Assembly (NCBI GenBank): GCA_910583735.1
Contig: CAJTXS010000005.1
Span: 20,828-84,827 of the forward strand
DNA from: an uncultured Christensenella sp.
Lineage (GTDB): Bacteria; Bacillota; Clostridia; Christensenellales; UBA3700
Reading direction: 5' to 3'
DNA: 64,000 bases
Under the pieces are notes generated by a model that did no database searches, was not told the origin of the DNA, and was given only the letters and a program-made list of their open reading frames with translations. Made by a program: the position numbers and the translations under genes. Of the stretch, positions 37,079-44,300 are shown one piece after another. Each line of letters opens with the position of its first letter. Positions within the stretch are counted from its first letter, which is position 1.

Positions 37079-37675
37079 TTATGCGTTGCCCTCCTCTGCC
37101 TTCTTATTCTCCGTATTGATTTTGCTGTACTTCTTCTTGTACACGAATCTCATCAACCTCGCCTCTATGCCGTTGATGACCGTGCATCCGCCCAGCACGC
37201 TGCCGCCTACGTAGCAAATGCTCGCCTTCTGCAACACAAGCATGCAAGTGAACGCTTCGTCCAGCGTCCTGCCCGTAGTCACTGCGCCGTCGCCCTTGAT
37301 GAGGCAGGAATTACGCCCCTTAAGCTCCTTAACCACCTTGCGGTTGTCCGCTGCGACCGTACGGCATGTAGGTCCTACTATCTGAGCCATATCGTCGAGT
37401 ACTGCGGGGATGGTCGCGCCCGCCTTGGACACAGCGCTGACATAGCCGGGATGCGCGTGCACAATAGCCGCCGCGTCGGTATCGGCGTATATCGCAAGAT
37501 GCAGAGCGTCCTCGCCCTCTCCCTTGCCGTATGCTACGAATTTCACTTCGCGGCTCGGACCGACTATCAGCATTCCGCCGTCCGTCCTTGCGCTGATATA
37601 ATCGCTGTCTCCGAGCAGATTATACTCTTCGAGTCTATTGTACTGCTCCAAGAGAGCGTCTTGTAATTTACTCAT
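37079..37675 (-). CDS. Class II aldolase/adducin-family protein, divergent (third His replaced)
   Basis: AIVHAHPGY is present, but the position of the third metal His reads LIKGDGAV. The start ATG 37675 has AAGGAG upstream. Confidence 0.7.
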   Translation of the reverse strand: MSKLQDALLEQYNRLEEYNLLGDSDYISARTDGGMLIVGPSREVKFVAYGKGEGEDALHLAIYADTDAAAIVHAHPGYVSAVSKAGATIPAVLDDMAQIVGPTCRTVAADNRKVVKELKGRNSCLIKGDGAVTTGRTLDEAFTCMLVLQKASICYVGGSVLGGCTVINGIEARLMRFVYKKKYSKINTENKKAEEGNA

Positions 37676-37709
37676 CTTAATCTCCTTAATAGTCTTAATC
37701 GAGCAGCGA

Positions 37710-39248
37710 TTACTCCTGTCCCTCGAATCGCTTGGAATTGGCAAGCTCGTACGCCTTGTTCAAGCTGAAGTATATGCGCTTATAGCTTGCGAACTGCTCG
37801 TCGTATATATGCCTGTTAGCGGGATTGGGACGGTATGTCTTAGTCTCTTTTACAAACTGCTTGGCATCTGCAAAACTCTTAAGCTCGCCCAAGCCTATCA
37901 TAGCGATAATAGCCGCGCCGAGCGCGCCCGAATTGCGGGGATTGTCCACTATGGCGAACTCCGAATTGGTGATATCGGCTATCATCTGCATCCACGCGTC
38001 GTTAAGCGCGCCGCCGCCTATAATGCGGAACTTACGGGTATAGAAGCCGTAGTCCTTCTTAAAGTTCTCCAATATCCATCTCAGATTATATCCGATACCC
38101 TCGTATACGGCTCTCATCAGATGCTCTCTCGTATGACGGGGATCGATATTGAACAGCGTAGAGCGCGTAGTAGTGGTAGATACGGGGCAACGCTCGCCGA
38201 GCATCCAAGGCGTGCAGATAAGATAATCGCTGCCTGCGGGGATGTCCTTGATTACGCTGTCCATGAAGTCGTAAATTCCGCTGCCGAGCTCTTCGCTCTC
38301 TTTCTTAAAGAATTGCTCTTTTATCCACTCGAGGTTGGAGCCGGCCGCCTCGGTAATGCCTACGATAAGATTCATATCGATGTCCGCGCTCTGAATAGCT
38401 GCGGCGCCGTTCTTAAACTTAGACTGCTTGGCAGACGTCGCGCCTACCCAAGCCGACGTGCCGAGGTAAATATGTATATCTCCCTCTCCTATCATGCCCG
38501 AGCCTATCGCCGCGCTCTGCGTGTCGTCGCAGCCGCCGAATACGGGCGTGCCTGCGTTGAGTTTCATCGCTTTGGCAGCCTCTTCGGTAAGTCCGTTGCC
38601 TATCATATCGGTGCTCTTGACAAGAGGAGGCAACTTGGACATATCTATGCCCGTCATCTTGAGGGCGGAAAGCCACTTCTTCTTCTTGAGGTCGAGTCCG
38701 TAAGAGGACGCGCCGGAATACTCCGCGACGGGTACTCCCGTGCACTTAAACTTGAGGAATCCGTTGACATCGAGGAAATACTTGGTGTCGTTATACACAT
38801 TGGGCATCTCTTCCTTAAGCCAAATGAGCTTAGCAACAACGTCCTTGCCCATTATAGGAGTGCCCGCTACGAGCGTAAAAATCTTCTTGCCGCCCAGCTT
38901 CTTCATGATGCTGTGCGCCTGCTTCTCCGCTCTGCCGTCCACCCAAGTAATATTTTTGTGCAATACATTGCCGTACTTGTCGATAGGTATTATACCCATC
39001 GCCTGAGTGGAGAATACGACGCCCTTGACGTCGTCTGCGGATATACCCGTCTTATCCACGAGCTTAGCGGTAGCTTCGCATACCGCGCGCCAATAGTCGT
39101 CGGGGTCTTGCTCTACGAATGCGGGCGCGGGATAATATGTGGGATAGGGCTCGGTCTGAGTAGACACTATCCTGCCTTCCATATCCACAAGTACCGCTTT
39201 GTCCGAACTCGTGCCCATATCGTGGGCGATAATATATTTGGTTTCCAT
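37710..39248 (-). CDS. FGGY-family carbohydrate kinase
   Basis: N-terminal IIAHDMGTSSDKAVLVD and C-terminal IIGGGALNDAWMQMIADI. Confidence 0.85.
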   Translation of the reverse strand: METKYIIAHDMGTSSDKAVLVDMEGRIVSTQTEPYPTYYPAPAFVEQDPDDYWRAVCEATAKLVDKTGISADDVKGVVFSTQAMGIIPIDKYGNVLHKNITWVDGRAEKQAHSIMKKLGGKKIFTLVAGTPIMGKDVVAKLIWLKEEMPNVYNDTKYFLDVNGFLKFKCTGVPVAEYSGASSYGLDLKKKKWLSALKMTGIDMSKLPPLVKSTDMIGNGLTEEAAKAMKLNAGTPVFGGCDDTQSAAIGSGMIGEGDIHIYLGTSAWVGATSAKQSKFKNGAAAIQSADIDMNLIVGITEAAGSNLEWIKEQFFKKESEELGSGIYDFMDSVIKDIPAGSDYLICTPWMLGERCPVSTTTTRSTLFNIDPRHTREHLMRAVYEGIGYNLRWILENFKKDYGFYTRKFRIIGGGALNDAWMQMIADITNSEFAIVDNPRNSGALGAAIIAMIGLGELKSFADAKQFVKETKTYRPNPANRHIYDEQFASYKRIYFSLNKAYELANSKRFEGQE

Positions 39249-39329
39249 CTAATCTTTACCGTATATTCCGCCGCTTGGCGAAAAAATATTGTCAACGGGC
39301 GGACGCACTCGGCGTCCGCCCGCATGTTA

Positions 39330-41045
39330 TCAGCACTTAAAGGTCTTAGCCTTGAGAGCCTTAAGGTCCTTAGCAGCCTGCTTTGCAGCCTTCTTGGCGT
39401 CGGCGTTACGCTGAGCTATCTCCTGCTTAGCCTTAGCCTTCTTAGCCGCCTTGCCTTCCTTGTCCTTGCCGTGAGCCTTCTTGAAGTCGGCAACCTGCTG
39501 CTCCATGGGAGCGGTGCGCTCGGCTACGAGCTTGAATACGTCTTCGAACTTGCCGAGAGCCTCGTCGATGACCTCGTCGGTATCAGCCATGGACGTATAC
39601 AGTCTGGAGCCTGCGAGCGTAACGATACCGTTAGCCATATAAGCCGCGCCCATCATCTCCATAGCTTCCTTACGGACATAGATCATATCCTGCTTGGTAA
39701 GTACGGGTATGAGAGACTTGAGCAAGTGCTTGGACGAGAAGTCGTAGCTCATTGCCGCCGTGCACTCCAAGTGTACGATAGAGCCTTGGTTGTAAGCAAC
39801 GTAAGGCAGATTATACTTATTGATAAGCTGTACAAGACCGTCTGTAAGTCTGTCGCCGGCGTGTCCCGCCTTGACGCACGCGTCGTTGTCCGCGATAGCC
39901 TTGATAGCGCAATAGCCTGCCATAGCCGACAGAGGGTTGGCAGCCAATGTACCGCCTACGTACGCTCTCTTCATGCCGCTTGCAACGCCTGCTGCCATGC
40001 AGCTTACATACTCCTTCTTACCGCCTACGCCGCCTGCCGCGGGATATCCGCCAGCTACTATCTTACCGAAGATGGTGAGGTCGGGGTTGACGCCGAATAA
40101 GCCTTGAGCTCCGCCGAGACCTACTCTGAATCCGGTAACAACCTCGTCGAAGATGAACAGCGCGCCGTACTTACGGCAGAGCAGCTCTACGCCCTTGTTG
40201 TAATTCCATGCGACGGGACGGGTACCGCTCTCGGGTCCTACGGGCTCTACGATAACGCACGCCGTGCCGCCCTTGCGCCTATTGGCTTTGAGGTAATCCT
40301 CAAGCATCTCGAGGTCGTTGGGTCTGACCTCGTCGATGAGCTCGAAGCTCTGATTGGGTATACCGTGAGACTCGAGGTACTGACGGGTGCCGGGTATCTT
40401 AAGTCCGTAGACCATCTGGTCGGACCAGCCGTGATAAGCTCCGCCCACCTTGATAACTCTCTTCTTGCGAGTAGCGCAACGGGCTACGCGAATAGCCGCC
40501 ATGACGGACTCGGTACCGCTGCCGAGCATACGGAACATCTCTACGCCGGGCATGTGCTTATTGATCTCTTTGGCAATGAGCAGCTCCGCCTCGTGGAACA
40601 GTCCGGTAACGGGACCGCAATCCTTGATGAGCTCGATAGCCTCTTGCTGAACCGAAGGGAAATTGCTGCCCAAGATGGTAGGACCGCCCGCCTGTAAAAA
40701 GTCGGTGTACTTATTGCCGTCTATATCGTAGAGGTAAGCGCCCTCCGCCTTAACCATGCACATGGGGAAAGGCTTGTTGAAAGCAAGATTGTGCTGAACG
40801 CCGCCGGGGATAAACTTCTTAGCCTCTCCCGTGACTTTCTTGGAGCCTGCGCACTTTACGTCGTAATACTCGCTGCATATGCGCTTATACTCTTCGTCGG
40901 TGATACAAAATACGTTCTTATCCGTAAGCTCCTTGAGCTTAGCGTTAATTTCCTTGGGATCTGCCCAACGGCTTACGCCGTAATGCTCGGCAGTCATATC
41001 TCTGCCGGTTACTTCCTTAAGGGAGTAGTATTTGATATCGCTCAT
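39330..41045 (-). CDS. Class III (HemL-like) PLP aminotransferase/aminomutase with an N-terminal extension of about 90 aa and a Lys/Ala-rich C-terminal tail
   Basis: Motifs GSGTESVMAAIRVAR, IFDEVVTGFR and the PLP lysine in DLTIFGKIVAGGYP. The start ATG 41045 has AGGAGG upstream. Confidence 0.8.
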   Translation of the reverse strand: MSDIKYYSLKEVTGRDMTAEHYGVSRWADPKEINAKLKELTDKNVFCITDEEYKRICSEYYDVKCAGSKKVTGEAKKFIPGGVQHNLAFNKPFPMCMVKAEGAYLYDIDGNKYTDFLQAGGPTILGSNFPSVQQEAIELIKDCGPVTGLFHEAELLIAKEINKHMPGVEMFRMLGSGTESVMAAIRVARCATRKKRVIKVGGAYHGWSDQMVYGLKIPGTRQYLESHGIPNQSFELIDEVRPNDLEMLEDYLKANRRKGGTACVIVEPVGPESGTRPVAWNYNKGVELLCRKYGALFIFDEVVTGFRVGLGGAQGLFGVNPDLTIFGKIVAGGYPAAGGVGGKKEYVSCMAAGVASGMKRAYVGGTLAANPLSAMAGYCAIKAIADNDACVKAGHAGDRLTDGLVQLINKYNLPYVAYNQGSIVHLECTAAMSYDFSSKHLLKSLIPVLTKQDMIYVRKEAMEMMGAAYMANGIVTLAGSRLYTSMADTDEVIDEALGKFEDVFKLVAERTAPMEQQVADFKKAHGKDKEGKAAKKAKAKQEIAQRNADAKKAAKQAAKDLKALKAKTFKC

Positions 41046-41080
41046 ATTATCCTCCTGAGATAAGTATTTATTACCTGTAT

Positions 41081-41110
41081 ATTTTAACACACGCGCGAGG
41101 GATTAGTCAA
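41081..41110 (-). promoter_or_regulatory. Candidate promoter of the aminotransferase-kinase-aldolase cluster
   Basis: On the minus strand, TTGACT (41110-41105) is followed after 18 nt by TAAAAT (41086-41081), preceded by TGt (extended -10). Confidence 0.5.
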
Positions 41111-41391
41111 TAGTCGCGTCGCATTACTTGACGCAAGTTGAACATATTTATTCGACGCTTTGCCGAAATTTATTGAACGATTTACTTAAATTAAGCATTT
41201 GACTCTTCGACTATTCTTGCGCAGGCAATCGAAATATATCTCCGCGCTCTCTGACATAAAAAACGCTATAACGCGCTTAACTTAGCCGATAAAGAATAAG
41301 ACGCGCTCTTGAAAGGGCGCGCCTCAGGCTGTATAATCGATATCTCATACTCCGCGTAAATGCAAACTTATATGCCGCGCGGATAAAACAG

Positions 41392-44300
41392 TTACATCTT
41401 CTTCAATGCTATCGCTCTGCCGCCCGTGAGCACTATCATTTTGGCTGCGCAAGGAGTAAATCCATTGGCCTTGACGATAAGCGGCTTGGTGAGCTCTCCC
41501 TCGTGCTTGACCGTAAAGCCGTCGCAATCGTCGCTTACGATACCGCGCTTGATAACGGTCTCGAGATTGACCTGCTGCCCGTCGTGGAAGCAAGCGTCCA
41601 GCTCCGCAACGGTTACAACAGCCGGATGGGACGGCGCTACGGCGACGCGCTTACGCTCTATCATGGAATCGATAACCTCGTCGCCGAGCATCTTATCGGC
41701 GTTCTTCGCATCGACGGAAAGAGCAAGCATAGCCTTATACTCGGGCTTAAGCAACGGATTGTGCTTGAGCGTAAAGGCCAGCTCCTGTATATCTTGAGGA
41801 GAATACTTGCGTCTCGGCTGGAAGGCATATTTATCTGCAAGTATCTTAATCAGTCCAAGCGTATACTCGAGCGCCCTGTTAGACCTGATACGCATGAGCG
41901 TAGGCACCTGAATATATCTCTCCTTATCGGACACGTCCCTGTGATGATACTTGGACTCGTCGAGCATGAGCGGGTCGAGCGCAAACCATACTTTAAGATG
42001 CCTCGCGGCTACGCCGACTACCGCGACCACCTCTCCGCTGTGCTTAATCTTCTGCACGCCCGACGACATGCGATAAGTTACGCCTTTATAGCTCATGAAA
42101 GCGTTCATAATCGAAGTGTACGCGTCTCGGCAGAAGTCGCATGTCAACTTGAGCTTCATGCGGAAATTAGGCGGCAAGCGTCTTTCTTTGGACGTCTCGT
42201 CATCCTCTGCGTCCATCTCCCACATATCGTCGATATCGTCGCCGTACTCCTCGTCGTCTGCCGAATACTCCGAATACATAGAGGATGCTCCCGTAGGCGC
42301 GGGTCCGCTCTTCTTAACGCCGACATCCGCAGGTTGCACCGCGACAGGCGTCACAATGGTGTATTGCACGGGCTGCGCAGCTTGCTGACCCACAGGCTGC
42401 TGTATGGGGATGGTAGTCCCGCCGCCGATTTGCGTAGGTTGCGCGCTTGCGGTGAGCCCGCCGAGCAGGCGCTGAAATACTGGCAACAGCTTCTCGGTCA
42501 TTCTATTCACAAGCTCGTCCTCCGCAGTCGGGTCTATTACGATGTCGCTTTGCTTATAAGAGCCGTCTCTCTTGGCTAAATTGAGCATCATTATCTTCAT
42601 CTCGTCGCGCTCGTGTCTCAGCTCTTCTTCCATAAGTCTGCGAGCGTCCTCGCGAGAGACGCGCTCGGCTTGCTCGTACTCGTCCCGAGCTCTCTTCTTC
42701 TTAACCGAAGTTATGATAGCCGCCATAATCGAACATATAAGCAGCGCCGCGCAGCCTATCGCAATATAAGTCCAGGTATTGCCCTCTAAGCCGAGGAAAG
42801 ACGCCGCGGCAAGCGGAAGCATGGCGGAATATCCCGAGCCGCCGCTCTTAAAGTTGCGCGCCTTTCGTTTGTAATCGGCGGCTTTGCCCGAATTGCTTAT
42901 GGACACTATGATGAGTATGACGGATATCAAGACGCTTATAGCTATAACTGCCAGCTGCCAAAGCGGGATGCCGCTCAGCAAGTCCGCAAGTCCGCCCGCA
43001 GACTTGGCTGCAACGGTTATCTCGATATCGCAATACAAATCGCCTCGAGTTATCCTCACGGACGTCGCGCCCTCTTCGAGCGGACTCTTAGAGAAAGTAT
43101 AGTCGATAACGGGCACTTTGCTGCCGTCGGAATACTGAACGTATACGGTAATGCCCGACGCGTCGAAAACATCGCCCGCATTATAATTCTTCTTATACTC
43201 GCCTTCTACCACAAGCGCGACTTCCGGCAATTCTCCGCCGCCCTGAGCGTCCTTGACTATGGCGTACTCGCACATAGCGCCGCTAAGCACATAGTATCCG
43301 TCGGGCAGCTTGACTTGCACATTATAATTGCCCACCCACTTGGACGTAAGATAATCGCCGCTGTATGCGAGCTGTATTCCCTCTATCGGATTGCCGTCGC
43401 CGTCCAGCACCGTAGCCTTGGGGTATTGCACCGAGCCGTTGTAGATAAGCCCGCCATCGGGCAGATCCCACTCGATACTCACGACCGTCATATCCAAGCT
43501 GGGCAAAATAGCATATTTGATACTTACGCGCGTGCCCTCGAACTTATAGTTCTTTATACCGTCGGTGTCGGTAGGGTCGATGAAAATCCTTATTTCGTAA
43601 GTGCCTACTTCTTTACTCTCCACCTTTTCGTACAGCACTTTAAGCCCTGCGGGGACATTTACGACCTGCGGATAATGCACCTGTCCGTCCGCAAGGAACT
43701 TAACGCTGTCCCACTTGGGCATTACGGATTGCTTGAGAATGCTCCACTCGAATTCGTATACGTCCATCGTATCCGGCTGCCCCGCCCACTTGTAATTGCG
43801 GAACTTGTCGCCCTTAATCTTTAACTGCGTATAATACGTATCCGCATCGACGGTTATCTCTCCGTCGTCTACCGCATCGATTATCTCGGACGGGTTAGCT
43901 ATGCCCGATATGGCAATCCAATCGACGATATTGTATGCCTCGCCGCTGTAAATCAAAGTCTCGGAGAGCGAAGGCGCCGCGAGCATACGCGGAGTAACGG
44001 TAAAGTCCTTGTTGTCGTCTTCCGAAGCAAGTTCGTATCCCGCTTTGACTACGTCAACTCTGACATTATAGCTTCCCGCGTCGGCAATAGCGGATATATC
44101 ATTCACGTCGAAGCCTCCCGAGGTAAAGTAATAGCGCACCTCTTCGTCTGTAAGCGGCTCCTCGCCGCCGTCCTCTCTTACGAACTTGGGCTTTGGATAC
44201 CTGACCTCGCCGTTATACACATAGCTGAACGGACCGCTCCACACTGCGGTAAGCACGGTGGAGACCACTCCGAAATTCTTGTACGTGGGCAGAGATGCGA

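Noticed and set aside
37638-40100. 820-aa plus-strand ORF, the second-longest in the window
   Set aside because: It is codon-aligned antisense to the FGGY kinase and aminotransferase genes. All three start coordinates are 0 mod 3. The sequence is low-complexity and Arg/Leu/Ala-rich, with no motifs. It is explained by avoidance of TTA/CTA/TCA codons.
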